A stretch of 64,000 nucleotides of DNA, from contig BK006948.2 of NCBI GenBank assembly GCA_000146045.2, positions 160,001 through 224,000 of the forward strand, written 5' to 3'. A program made the translations under genes and the position numbers. The notes under the pieces were generated by a model. The model made no database searches and was not told where the DNA came from. It was given only the letters and a program-made list of their open reading frames with translations. Shown here in pieces: positions 54,017-64,000 of the stretch (position 1 is the first letter of the stretch; every line of letters begins with the position of its first letter). The DNA comes from TPA_inf: Saccharomyces. Its lineage: Eukaryota.

Positions 54017-56137
54017 TCATCTTTTTATGGTCGACGAGGAGCCGTTGGCATCATAATTGGAAGTTCTTGACAAAGAGTCGGTGAAATTAGAACGATCATT
54101 GTTGTTAGCGTTTTCGTTCTTAAATTTATTCTTAATACTGGAAAATAAACTTGCATTTGAACTTGAACTTTCTCTATCGTCACTTCGATTAGAATTCTCT
54201 TGATTGATATTCTCGTTTCCATATTCACTTTTGGATTCGTCCCAATCTTTTGCGGGGCCAATGATGGTTTTTGGAACACCTTTGACTGTGATGACAGATT
54301 CCACAATACCATTCTTCGTATTTTGGTAAGAGGTTGAGATTGTAACGTTTTGATTTTCGTTGCCGTGATTCGCGCCAGAATTTGGAATTGATATACTATC
54401 AGGGCTATTTCTCGTGGTTTTAGTCGAGGTAGTAACTTGAGTTGGTTGACCCGACCGTTGAGTATGGAGAACAGCTTGGCGAGATAGCTCTGCATGATCA
54501 CTTAATAGTTGTTGTTCTTCGGCGGAGAGTGATTTATCATTTGAGTGTGGTGCTGGAGAAGGCTCTTTGCTAGAATGAGGAGTGTGTGTAGTAATGATTT
54601 TCGGAACATTGGCAGGCTTTTTAATGGTAACAAAAGATTTATTTACGTTCAACGGGTTGGACGCTAGATTTGAAGGTATGATGGTGCCATGTTCCGTCAC
54701 TTGTGGAGTTGGAGACAATACAGCGTTGGACCTGTCGTAACCATCATTTGACTTCTGCTTCCAAGACTTATTATTCAAATCTTGCTGTGGGTGCTCGGAT
54801 GGGTGATTAGAATTGGATGGAGACAAGAGTGGAGACGATTCATCAGCTTGGTCAGCAGCTTTGTGCTCCTTGTGAGAGCTAGTGTACAAATGATGCAAAT
54901 AGGAAGTAATGTGCCTTTTGCTCAAGGGCCCCGGTTGTTGTCTCATAATATGCTGATGCATGTCCACAAAGACATCAGACTCGTCCACGATTTCTTCACC
55001 GATCAATTCTTCAATGACATCCTCCAAAGTTAAAACACCAATAGCGCCATGCGAGGAGCCCGGCTCTTTACTAACGACGCACATGTGAGCTTTCCCCTCC
55101 TGGAAGTAATTCAGAATATTCAAACAAGATGTGTTCGGGGAAGTTTCTGGCAACGTGGCTAGGGGGAAGTGGGAGATTGGGAGGCAGTCATCAGGATCGT
55201 AGGAGATAAGCACCCTGACAAGTAACATGCCGATGAAGTTGTTTGGTTCATTGGGCAAAAAAATCGGGATTCTAGAAAACCCTGAGTTGAAGATTTTTTC
55301 GACAGTTTTATCGTCTAGGATGGTATCGGCACTCATTGTGAACACGTTTTCAATCGGAGTCATGATTTCCTCAACCCTCTTTGCCTTTAGATCCAAAACA
55401 GCAGAGATGATTGTAACTTCGTCTTTAGTCAACCGTTCCACCCCCATGGTCCTATGCAAGGTGACCAAAGTCTTTAAGCCGGATTTTTTGTACATCGTAC
55501 CATGATCTTCACCCAGCATATAGTCCAGGAGAGTCGCGATCGGATATGCGACTGGGTACATCAGATACATCAGTACAAGAACAAAGGGGCAGAAGAATGC
55601 CCCAACTTGCAGCCCGTATTTAACACAGACACTCTGCGGAATAATTTCACCGAAGATCACAATTAGAATAGTTGACGACACTACAGCCTGCCAACCACCC
55701 CCAAGACACCTGTCCAAAACAATAGGCAATGTTTCGTTGGTTATAACATTAGAAAGCAGCAGTGTGACTAGAACCCAATGCTTCCCCCTAGATATTAGGT
55801 CAAGCACCCGCTTGGCCAGTTTCTTTTCAGAATTCGAGCCTGAAGTGCTGATTACCTTCAGGTAGACTTCATCTTGACCCATCAACCCCAGCGTCAATCC
55901 TGCAAATACACCACCCAGCAGCACTAGGATGATAGAGATAATATAGTACGTGGTAACGCTTGCCTCATCACCTACGCTATGGCCGGAATCGGCAACATCC
56001 CTAGAATTGAGTACGTGTGATCCGGATAACAACGGCAGTGAATATATCTTCGGTATCGTAAAGATGTGATATAAGATGATGTATACCCAATGAGGAGCGC
56101 CTGATCGTGACCTAGACCTTAGTGGCAAAAACGACAT
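54017..56137 (-). CDS. MAM3: MAM3, CNNM/CorC-family membrane protein with DUF21 and a CBS pair, 706 aa
   Basis: The track ORF extends 67 codons further upstream, to 56338, and begins at a non-ATG codon. The first in-frame ATG is the reverse-strand cat at 56135-56137. It gives MSFLPLRSRSRSGAPHW... and 706 aa. A DUF21 TM domain and a CBS pair (GVLTLEDVIEELIGEEI) are followed by a long Ser/Asn-rich disordered tail. Confidence 0.85.
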   Translation of the reverse strand: MSFLPLRSRSRSGAPHWVYIILYHIFTIPKIYSLPLLSGSHVLNSRDVADSGHSVGDEASVTTYYIISIILVLLGGVFAGLTLGLMGQDEVYLKVISTSGSNSEKKLAKRVLDLISRGKHWVLVTLLLSNVITNETLPIVLDRCLGGGWQAVVSSTILIVIFGEIIPQSVCVKYGLQVGAFFCPFVLVLMYLMYPVAYPIATLLDYMLGEDHGTMYKKSGLKTLVTLHRTMGVERLTKDEVTIISAVLDLKAKRVEEIMTPIENVFTMSADTILDDKTVEKIFNSGFSRIPIFLPNEPNNFIGMLLVRVLISYDPDDCLPISHFPLATLPETSPNTSCLNILNYFQEGKAHMCVVSKEPGSSHGAIGVLTLEDVIEELIGEEIVDESDVFVDMHQHIMRQQPGPLSKRHITSYLHHLYTSSHKEHKAADQADESSPLLSPSNSNHPSEHPQQDLNNKSWKQKSNDGYDRSNAVLSPTPQVTEHGTIIPSNLASNPLNVNKSFVTIKKPANVPKIITTHTPHSSKEPSPAPHSNDKSLSAEEQQLLSDHAELSRQAVLHTQRSGQPTQVTTSTKTTRNSPDSISIPNSGANHGNENQNVTISTSYQNTKNGIVESVITVKGVPKTIIGPAKDWDESKSEYGNENINQENSNRSDDRESSSSNASLFSSIKNKFKNENANNNDRSNFTDSLSRTSNYDANGSSSTIKR

Positions 56138-56898
56138 ATCTATTATAGTGGGGAGAGTTTCGTGCAAATAACAGACGCAGCAGCAAGTAACTGTGACGAT
56201 ATCAACTCTTTTTTTATTATGTAATAAGCAAACAAGCACGAATGGGGAAAGCCTATGTGCAATCACCAAGGTCGTCCCTTTTTTCCCATTTGCTAATTTA
56301 GAATTTAAAGAAACCAAAAGAATGAAGAAAGAAAACAAATACTAGCCCTAACCCTGACTTCGTTTCTATGATAATACCCTGCTTTAATGAACGGTATGCC
56401 CTAGGGTATATCTCACTCTGTACGTTACAAACTCCGGTTATTTTATCGGAACATCCGAGCACCCGCGCCTTCCTCAACCCAGGCACCGCCCCCAGGTAAC
56501 CGTGCGCGATGAGCTAATCCTGAGCCATCACCCACCCCACCCGTTGATGACAGCAATTCGGGAGGGCGAAAAATAAAAACTGGAGCAAGGAATTACCATC
56601 ACCGTCACCATCACCATCATATCGCCTTAGCCTCTAGCCATAGCCATCATGCAAGCGTGTATCTTCTAAGATTCAGTCATCATCATTACCGAGTTTGTTT
56701 TCCTTCACATGATGAAGAAGGTTTGAGTATGCTCGAAACAATAAGACGACGATGGCTCTGCCATTGTTATATTACGCTTTTGCGGCGAGGTGCCGATGGG
56801 TTGCTGAGGGGAAGAGTGTTTAGCTTACGGACCTATTGCCATTGTTATTCCGATTAATCTATTGTTCAGCAGCTCTTCTCTACCCTGTCATTCTAGTA

Positions 56899-56916
56899 TT
56901 TTTTTTTTTTTTTTTT
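56899..56916 (+). promoter_or_regulatory. T18 poly(dA:dT) tract in the divergent MAM3/GPD2 promoter. Further T-rich runs continue through 56920-57060.
   Basis: Run of 18 T followed by a T-rich stretch of about 150 bp, typical of a nucleosome-depleted region. Confidence 0.5.
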
Positions 56917-57125
56917 GGTTTTACTTTTTTTTCTTCTTGCCTTTTTTTCTTGTTACTTTTTTTCTAGTTTTTTTTCCTTCCACTAAGCTTTTTCCTTGAT
57001 TTATCCTTGGGTTCTTCTTTCTACTCCTTTAGATTTTTTTTTTATATATTAATTTTTAAGTTTATGTATTTTGGTAGATTCAATTCTCTTTCCCTTTCCT
57101 TTTCCTTCGCTCCCCTTCCTTATCA

Positions 57126-58448
57126 ATGCTTGCTGTCAGAAGATTAACAAGATACACATTCCTTAAGCGAACGCATCCGGTGTTATATACTCGTCGTGCA
57201 TATAAAATTTTGCCTTCAAGATCTACTTTCCTAAGAAGATCATTATTACAAACACAACTGCACTCAAAGATGACTGCTCATACTAATATCAAACAGCACA
57301 AACACTGTCATGAGGACCATCCTATCAGAAGATCGGACTCTGCCGTGTCAATTGTACATTTGAAACGTGCGCCCTTCAAGGTTACAGTGATTGGTTCTGG
57401 TAACTGGGGGACCACCATCGCCAAAGTCATTGCGGAAAACACAGAATTGCATTCCCATATCTTCGAGCCAGAGGTGAGAATGTGGGTTTTTGATGAAAAG
57501 ATCGGCGACGAAAATCTGACGGATATCATAAATACAAGACACCAGAACGTTAAATATCTACCCAATATTGACCTGCCCCATAATCTAGTGGCCGATCCTG
57601 ATCTTTTACACTCCATCAAGGGTGCTGACATCCTTGTTTTCAACATCCCTCATCAATTTTTACCAAACATAGTCAAACAATTGCAAGGCCACGTGGCCCC
57701 TCATGTAAGGGCCATCTCGTGTCTAAAAGGGTTCGAGTTGGGCTCCAAGGGTGTGCAATTGCTATCCTCCTATGTTACTGATGAGTTAGGAATCCAATGT
57801 GGCGCACTATCTGGTGCAAACTTGGCACCGGAAGTGGCCAAGGAGCATTGGTCCGAAACCACCGTGGCTTACCAACTACCAAAGGATTATCAAGGTGATG
57901 GCAAGGATGTAGATCATAAGATTTTGAAATTGCTGTTCCACAGACCTTACTTCCACGTCAATGTCATCGATGATGTTGCTGGTATATCCATTGCCGGTGC
58001 CTTGAAGAACGTCGTGGCACTTGCATGTGGTTTCGTAGAAGGTATGGGATGGGGTAACAATGCCTCCGCAGCCATTCAAAGGCTGGGTTTAGGTGAAATT
58101 ATCAAGTTCGGTAGAATGTTTTTCCCAGAATCCAAAGTCGAGACCTACTATCAAGAATCCGCTGGTGTTGCAGATCTGATCACCACCTGCTCAGGCGGTA
58201 GAAACGTCAAGGTTGCCACATACATGGCCAAGACCGGTAAGTCAGCCTTGGAAGCAGAAAAGGAATTGCTTAACGGTCAATCCGCCCAAGGGATAATCAC
58301 ATGCAGAGAAGTTCACGAGTGGCTACAAACATGTGAGTTGACCCAAGAATTCCCATTATTCGAGGCAGTCTACCAGATAGTCTACAACAACGTCCGCATG
58401 GAAGACCTACCGGAGATGATTGAAGAGCTAGACATCGATGACGAATAG
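57126..58448 (+). CDS. GPD2: GPD2, NAD-dependent glycerol-3-phosphate dehydrogenase, 440 aa including an Arg-rich N-terminal presequence
   Basis: 440 aa ATG ORF. The first about 48 residues are Arg/Leu-rich with no acidic residues, consistent with a mitochondrial-type presequence. The second in-frame Met is at codon 49. The Rossmann motif is VTVIGSGNWGTTIAKV. Confidence 0.93.
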   Translation: MLAVRRLTRYTFLKRTHPVLYTRRAYKILPSRSTFLRRSLLQTQLHSKMTAHTNIKQHKHCHEDHPIRRSDSAVSIVHLKRAPFKVTVIGSGNWGTTIAKVIAENTELHSHIFEPEVRMWVFDEKIGDENLTDIINTRHQNVKYLPNIDLPHNLVADPDLLHSIKGADILVFNIPHQFLPNIVKQLQGHVAPHVRAISCLKGFELGSKGVQLLSSYVTDELGIQCGALSGANLAPEVAKEHWSETTVAYQLPKDYQGDGKDVDHKILKLLFHRPYFHVNVIDDVAGISIAGALKNVVALACGFVEGMGWGNNASAAIQRLGLGEIIKFGRMFFPESKVETYYQESAGVADLITTCSGGRNVKVATYMAKTGKSALEAEKELLNGQSAQGIITCREVHEWLQTCELTQEFPLFEAVYQIVYNNVRMEDLPEMIEELDIDDE

Positions 58449-58865
58449 ACACTCTCCCCCCCCCTCCCCCTCTGATCTTTCCTGTTGCCTCTTTTTCCCC
58501 CAACCAATTTATCATTATACACAAGTTCTACAACTACTACTAGTAACATTACTACAGTTATTATAATTTTCTATTCTCTTTTTCTTTAAGAATCTATCAT
58601 TAACGTTAATTTCTATATATACATAACTACCATTATACACGCTATTATCGTTTACATATCACATCACCGTTAATGAAAGATACGACACCCTGTACACTAA
58701 CACAATTAAATAATCGCCATAACCTTTTCTGTTATCTATAGCCCTTAAAGCTGTTTCTTCGAGCTTTTTCACTGCAGTAATTCTCCACATGGGCCCAGCC
58801 ACTGAGATAAGAGCGCTATGTTAGTCACTACTGACGGCTCTCCAGTCATTTATGTGATTTTTTAG

Positions 58866-58872
58866 TGACTCA
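58866..58872 (+). promoter_or_regulatory. Gcn4 response element TGACTCA, about 340 bp upstream of ARG1
   Basis: Exact GCRE core. ARG1 belongs to the general amino-acid control regulon. Confidence 0.55.
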
Positions 58873-59210
58873 TGTCGCATTTGGCCCGTTTTTTTCCGCT
58901 GTCGCAACCTATTTCCATTAACGGTGCCGTATGGAAGAGTCATTTAAAGGCAGGAGAGAGAGATTACTCATCTTCATTGGATCAGATTGATGACTGCGTA
59001 GCGGCAGATAGTGTAATCTGAGCAGTTGCGAGACCCAGACTGGCACTGTCTCAATAGTATATTAATGGGCATACATTCGTACTCCCTTGTTCTTGCCCAC
59101 AGTTCTCTCTCTCTTTACTTCTTGTATCTTGTCTCCCCATTGTGCAGCGATAAGGAACATTGTTCTAATATACACGGATACAAAAGAAATACACATAATT
59201 GCATAAAATA

Positions 59211-60473
59211 ATGTCTAAGGGAAAAGTTTGTTTGGCTTATTCTGGTGGTTTAGATACCTCCGTCATTTTGGCTTGGCTACTAGACCAAGGCTACGAAGTT
59301 GTAGCTTTCATGGCTAATGTAGGGCAAGAAGAAGATTTCGATGCCGCCAAGGAAAAGGCCTTGAAGATCGGTGCCTGCAAGTTCGTTTGTGTGGATTGTC
59401 GTGAAGATTTTGTCAAGGATATTCTATTCCCAGCTGTACAGGTCAACGCTGTGTACGAAGACGTTTATCTGTTGGGTACCTCTTTGGCAAGACCTGTTAT
59501 TGCCAAAGCCCAAATTGACGTCGCTAAACAGGAGGGCTGTTTCGCGGTCTCTCATGGTTGTACCGGTAAAGGTAATGATCAAATCAGATTCGAATTGTCA
59601 TTTTACGCTCTGAAGCCAGACGTTAAGTGTATTACACCATGGAGAATGCCTGAATTTTTCGAAAGATTTGCTGGCAGAAAGGATTTGTTAGACTATGCTG
59701 CACAAAAGGGTATTCCCGTCGCCCAAACCAAGGCCAAGCCATGGTCTACTGACGAAAACCAAGCCCACATTTCTTACGAGGCAGGTATCTTGGAAGACCC
59801 AGATACCACCCCACCAAAGGACATGTGGAAATTGATCGTCGATCCAATGGATGCTCCGGACCAACCACAAGATTTGACCATTGACTTTGAACGTGGTCTT
59901 CCAGTCAAGTTGACCTACACCGACAACAAGACTTCCAAGGAAGTTTCCGTTACCAAGCCTTTGGATGTTTTCTTGGCCGCATCCAACTTAGCAAGGGCCA
60001 ACGGTGTTGGTAGAATCGATATTGTAGAAGATCGTTACATTAACTTGAAATCCAGAGGTTGTTACGAACAGGCTCCATTGACTGTTTTGAGAAAAGCTCA
60101 TGTTGATTTGGAAGGTTTGACTTTAGACAAAGAAGTCCGTCAATTGAGAGACTCATTCGTCACACCAAACTACTCCAGATTGATATATAACGGTTCCTAC
60201 TTCACCCCAGAGTGTGAGTACATCAGATCTATGATCCAACCATCCCAAAATAGCGTTAACGGTACTGTCAGGGTTAGACTGTATAAGGGTAACGTCATCA
60301 TTCTGGGCAGATCTACAAAGACTGAAAAGTTGTACGATCCGACAGAATCCTCTATGGATGAGTTGACCGGTTTCTTACCTACCGATACCACCGGTTTCAT
60401 TGCCATCCAGGCCATTAGAATTAAAAAATACGGTGAATCCAAAAAAACCAAAGGTGAAGAGTTGACTTTGTAA
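59211..60473 (+). CDS. ARG1: ARG1, argininosuccinate synthetase, 420 aa
   Basis: The track ORF starts at TTG 59199. The first ATG, at 59211, gives MSKGKVCLAYSGGLDTSVILAWL... (PP-loop SGGxDTS) and 420 aa. Confidence 0.93.
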   Translation: MSKGKVCLAYSGGLDTSVILAWLLDQGYEVVAFMANVGQEEDFDAAKEKALKIGACKFVCVDCREDFVKDILFPAVQVNAVYEDVYLLGTSLARPVIAKAQIDVAKQEGCFAVSHGCTGKGNDQIRFELSFYALKPDVKCITPWRMPEFFERFAGRKDLLDYAAQKGIPVAQTKAKPWSTDENQAHISYEAGILEDPDTTPPKDMWKLIVDPMDAPDQPQDLTIDFERGLPVKLTYTDNKTSKEVSVTKPLDVFLAASNLARANGVGRIDIVEDRYINLKSRGCYEQAPLTVLRKAHVDLEGLTLDKEVRQLRDSFVTPNYSRLIYNGSYFTPECEYIRSMIQPSQNSVNGTVRVRLYKGNVIILGRSTKTEKLYDPTESSMDELTGFLPTDTTGFIAIQAIRIKKYGESKKTKGEELTL

Positions 60474-60766
60474 GTCCGCTAGTTCATCGCCTCAAGATAG
60501 ATAACGATCTCTTCCTCCACCTCCTATTTCTGCACACTCTTGTGATGTAAATACATATGTAGACATATGTAAGCTTTTGTATAAATAGTTTAAGAAAGCA
60601 TCATACCAATTTTGAATAGAAGAAAAAATAGCTAAGAGCATAGCCGCTCGGAATAAGTTGACGTAGCGAAAAATCCCAATATCGTAAAGGAAAAATACCT
60701 TCATGAGAACAGAACATTGAAAAGAAGAAAAAAAAAACTGAGCACTGCACCATTAAGTCCTCAAAG

Positions 60767-62902
60767 ATGAGCCACTTTTTCGCCGATCATGATGCTCCTC
60801 TGAGCATGCTTTCTGTTAAAACAGAATACTTTCCTCAATTGACTGATAAGGAACAAAAATATGCGCATTTCATGTCAAAGGCCTCCCATGCGGGTTCAAG
60901 GGTTGTAATGAGACAAGTTTCTCATGAGAGTGAGCCAATTTTTGACCTAATCCTTGCCATTCATTCAAAGCTAAACGGCAAGTACCCAGAGGACGATATT
61001 ACGCAGAAGCAGCAAACGGGTTTGTATTTGGAATACGTTTCTCAATTCTTATCTAATTTGGGTAATTTCAAATCGTTTGGTGACACTAAGTTTATTCCTC
61101 GTTGTGAGGTAAAATTCTTCAAACAGCTTTTGGAGCTGGCCAAGATTAATCCGTGTTCTTCTCCGCTCACTTTATCTCCTGTTGACGTTAACCATGAATT
61201 CACATCTCATCATCTTTTTTCCACCATCAATGAGCTAATTGATATTGGTATTTACCATGTGGAAGAGAAGGCGGCTCTCTTAGGGTTTCCCTCTCAAGGT
61301 TATACTTCAGCCTATTATCTGGGTTTACCTGTGACACCTGAAGATATGGCTCTTTTGAAAGAGCAGTTGTTTGCTGAACTTGCCATCTTGCCTGAAAACA
61401 CAAGAATCAACAAAGTTGGTGAAAACAGTTTCCAAATCTGGGTTGCCTCTGAGAATGTGAAAAACCAGATAACAGAAACCTACCCCAGTGGACAGATCAC
61501 ATTATCCAATGCTGTAACCAAAGTAGAATTCATTTTTGGTGATCATTCACGTGAAATGCGTTTAGTAGCATCGTATTTAAAGGAAGCTCAAAAATTCGCG
61601 GCTAATGATACTCAAAAAGCAATGCTTCAGGAATACATCAACCACTTTGTCACTGGCTCTTCTCAAGCACATAAAGAAGCACAAAAACTTTGGGTCAAAG
61701 ATATATCTCCCGTCATTGAAACAAATATCGGTTTTATCGAAACATATAGAGAACCCTCGGGCATAATTGGAGAATTTGAATCGTTGGTTGCAATTCAAAA
61801 CAAAGAACGTACTGCTAAATTTTCCAGCTTGGTTAACAACGCAGAAGAATTCATTTCCTTACTACCATGGTCTAAAGATTACGAAAAACCGATTTTCAAT
61901 CCACCAGATTTCACCTCTCTAGAAGTATTAACGTTTACTGGATCGGGTATACCAGCGGGCATCAATATTCCAAACTATGATGATGTTCGGCTTAAAATTG
62001 GGTTCAAGAATGTTTCTTTGGGGAATATCTTAAGCGCGGCTGCCAAAAGCTCATCCAAGCATCCGCCAAGTTTTATATCGCAAGAAGATCGCCCAATTTT
62101 TGAAAAATATCAAAGTGATTCTTTTGAAGTCCAAGTAGGCATCCATGAATTATTAGGACATGGTTCAGGAAAGTTGTTGACAGAATTTACAGACGGCTTT
62201 AATTTTGATAAGGAAAACCCTCCTTTAGGTTTGGATGGGAAACCGGTGAGCACATACTACAAAGTTGGTGAAACTTGGGGTTCCAAATTTGGACAGTTAG
62301 CTGGCCCATTTGAAGAATGTCGTGCGGAAGTAATTGCCATGTTTTTGCTTACTAATAAGAAGATTCTTGATATTTTTGGTTTCCATGATGTCGAATCTCA
62401 AGATAAAGTGATCTACGCTGGATATCTACAAATGGCCCGTGCGGGTCTCCTAGCTTTAGAATACTGGAATCCAAAAACTGGTAAGTGGGGACAACCACAC
62501 ATGCAAGCAAGATTTTCTATCATGAAAACATTTATGAAGCACTCTACAGATAAGAATTTCTTAAAGTTGGAGATGAACAGCACGAATGATGATTTTGCCA
62601 TCAAGTTGGATAAATCTCTCATTAAAACAGCGGGACATGAATGTGTGAAAGACTATTTAAAGCATTTGCATGTTTACAAATGTTCAGGCGATGTGGAACA
62701 GGGAAGTAAGTACTTTATTGATAGATCAACGGTGACACCGGATTTGGCGTCTTTAAGAGACATCGTCTTATCTAAGAGATTGCCAAGGAGACAATTCATA
62801 CAATCGAATTCTTATATTGACGACAATAACAAGGTAACCCTGAAAGAATATGATGAAACCCCACAGGGTATGCTCCAATCTTTCCTTGATAGAGAATTAT
62901 GA
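60767..62902 (+). CDS. YOL057W, dipeptidyl-peptidase III (M49 zinc metallopeptidase), 711 aa
   Basis: 711 aa ATG ORF. The DPP III zinc-binding motifs are [11 protein letters not shown] (HEXXGH) and [12 protein letters not shown] (EEXR(K)AE). Confidence 0.9.
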
Positions 62903-63267
62903 TGTCCTTAAGAGCACACGTTTTAATTAGCAACCTTTGCTGTTGCTTTTGTTCAAGCTATTAGATTATGTAAACAGATATATATTATGTAAGTGTGACA
63001 GGATACGACAGCACTAACTGTCAGCGAATTTTGATTTGTTACTTTTGCTAGTTTTGTGTGACTTTCCTTTGTTTTTTAACTTTTTTTTTCAGATTTGTAT
63101 TATGAGATGATAACAATGCGAGATTTCATTGACAAGTTCGATAAAACAATAGAAGCTTCCATTTTATACATATGTGATAAAACAACCTGCAATCGAGGAT
63201 TTACAATAAAAGTCTCTTTGAGAGGATTGAGAAATAGTGCAAAAAGATCTACTAATAACGAATAGTT

Positions 63268-64000
63268 ATGACTGTTACTGACACTTTTAAACTGTTTATT
63301 TTAAGGCATGGTCAAAGTGAATTAAACTCAGAAAACATATTCTGCGGATGGATTGATGCTCAATTAACGGAAAAAGGGAAGTCTCAGGCCCGCCACTCTG
63401 CAAAATTGATCAAGCAGTTTTGCGATTCTAACAATATCTCTTTGCCTCAGATTGGCTATACTTCAAGGTTGATTCGAACTCAGCAGACCATGGACGTTAT
63501 TCTCGAAGAGTTGGGACTAAAACACACCAATTATGTAATTACTACGAATACAAACATTAAGGAGGAGCTGCAGGACACAAGATTTGAAGGAAGTATGCCT
63601 GTGTTGCAAACCTGGAGGTTAAATGAGCGTCATTACGGCGCATGGCAAGGACAAAGAAAGCCAGATATCTTGAAAGAATACGGTAAGGAAAAATACATGT
63701 ATATCAGAAGAGATTACAACGGAAAACCCCCTAAAGTCAACCTAAACCTGGAAATGGTCCAAGAGGAAAATGATCAGGGGTCCTCCACAGGCTATGATTT
63801 TAAGGAGCCCAATAGACACTTAAAATACGGCCCCGAAGAGAAGGCTAATGAGCGTCTGCCAGAAAGTGAGTCTCTTTGTGAAGTGGTCGTCAGATTGAAA
63901 CCATTTTTAAATAATGTTGTTCTGTCTACCGCCAACAAAATCAGTCAAGAATCGTGTGTTATAGTTGGGCATGGCAGCTCTGTAAGATCTCTGCTGAAAG
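63268..64000 (+). CDS. GPM3: GPM3, phosphoglycerate mutase paralog, N-terminal 244 codons. The gene continues beyond the window end.
   Basis: ATG at 63268 gives MTVTDTFKLFILRHGQSELNSENIFCGWIDAQLTEKGKSQA... The phosphoglycerate mutase RHG(E/Q)S catalytic-His motif is present. The ORF runs open to position 64000. Confidence 0.85.
   Translation, partial: MTVTDTFKLFILRHGQSELNSENIFCGWIDAQLTEKGKSQARHSAKLIKQFCDSNNISLPQIGYTSRLIRTQQTMDVILEELGLKHTNYVITTNTNIKEELQDTRFEGSMPVLQTWRLNERHYGAWQGQRKPDILKEYGKEKYMYIRRDYNGKPPKVNLNLEMVQEENDQGSSTGYDFKEPNRHLKYGPEEKANERLPESESLCEVVVRLKPFLNNVVLSTANKISQESCVIVGHGSSVRSLLK

Noticed and set aside
56657-56857. 66 aa ORF upstream of GPD2 that looks like a uORF.
   Set aside because: It starts with GTG, not ATG, so it is an artefact of the ORF caller and not a eukaryotic uORF.
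1-64000. The prompt's suggestion that the window hides an undescribed system or prokaryotic-style features (CRISPR, operons, mobile elements).
   Set aside because: The sequence is eukaryotic, unambiguously S. cerevisiae chrXV, and collinear with the reference gene order YOL086C to YOL056W. No spacer-repeat arrays, no integrases or transposases and no anomalous composition blocks are present.

Overview
This window is unmodified Saccharomyces cerevisiae nuclear DNA: the left arm of chromosome XV from ADH1 (YOL086C, truncated at the window start) through GPM3 (YOL056W, truncated at the window end). Gene order, spacing and protein lengths match the S288C reference with no insertion. I saw no Ty/LTR element, no tRNA, no rRNA, and nothing prokaryote-like such as CRISPR.

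The window holds 29 protein-coding genes (27 complete, 2 partial) at about 70% coding density. None has an intron. They sit in mixed orientation with short intergenic regions, and the region is about 38-40% GC.

The six-frame ORF track was built with bacterial start-codon rules, so it calls GTG and TTG codons as Met. For AVO1, MDM20, NUF2, CRT10, PRS5, MAM3 and ARG1 I trimmed the called ORF to the first in-frame ATG. The trimmed lengths then equal the known yeast protein lengths.

Beyond the genes, the window contains these sequence-level signals:
- the ADH1 upstream activating sequence, with a Rap1-like site, a Gcr1 CT-box and the TATA box
- paired PAC and RRPE ribosome-biogenesis promoter motifs at REX4 and BRX1
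- a Cbf1 CACGTG site upstream of MET22
- a Gcn4 TGACTCA site upstream of ARG1
- a perfect 11/11 ARS consensus sequence match in the 1.8 kb AT-rich gap between the tandem paralogs ATG34 and ATG19
- several microsatellites and poly(dA:dT) tracts
- in-frame coding repeats in ATG34, IRA2 and AVO1

I found no evidence of a novel or foreign genetic system. The most interesting open points are the following:
- the uncharacterised full-size ABC transporter YOL075C
- the ATG34/ATG19 tandem duplication with a shared C-terminal Atg8-interacting motif
- the candidate replication origin
- the very compact promoter and terminator overlaps

Coordinates that I counted by hand from the printed sequence may be off by 1 nt. 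Coordinates taken from the ORF track are exact.
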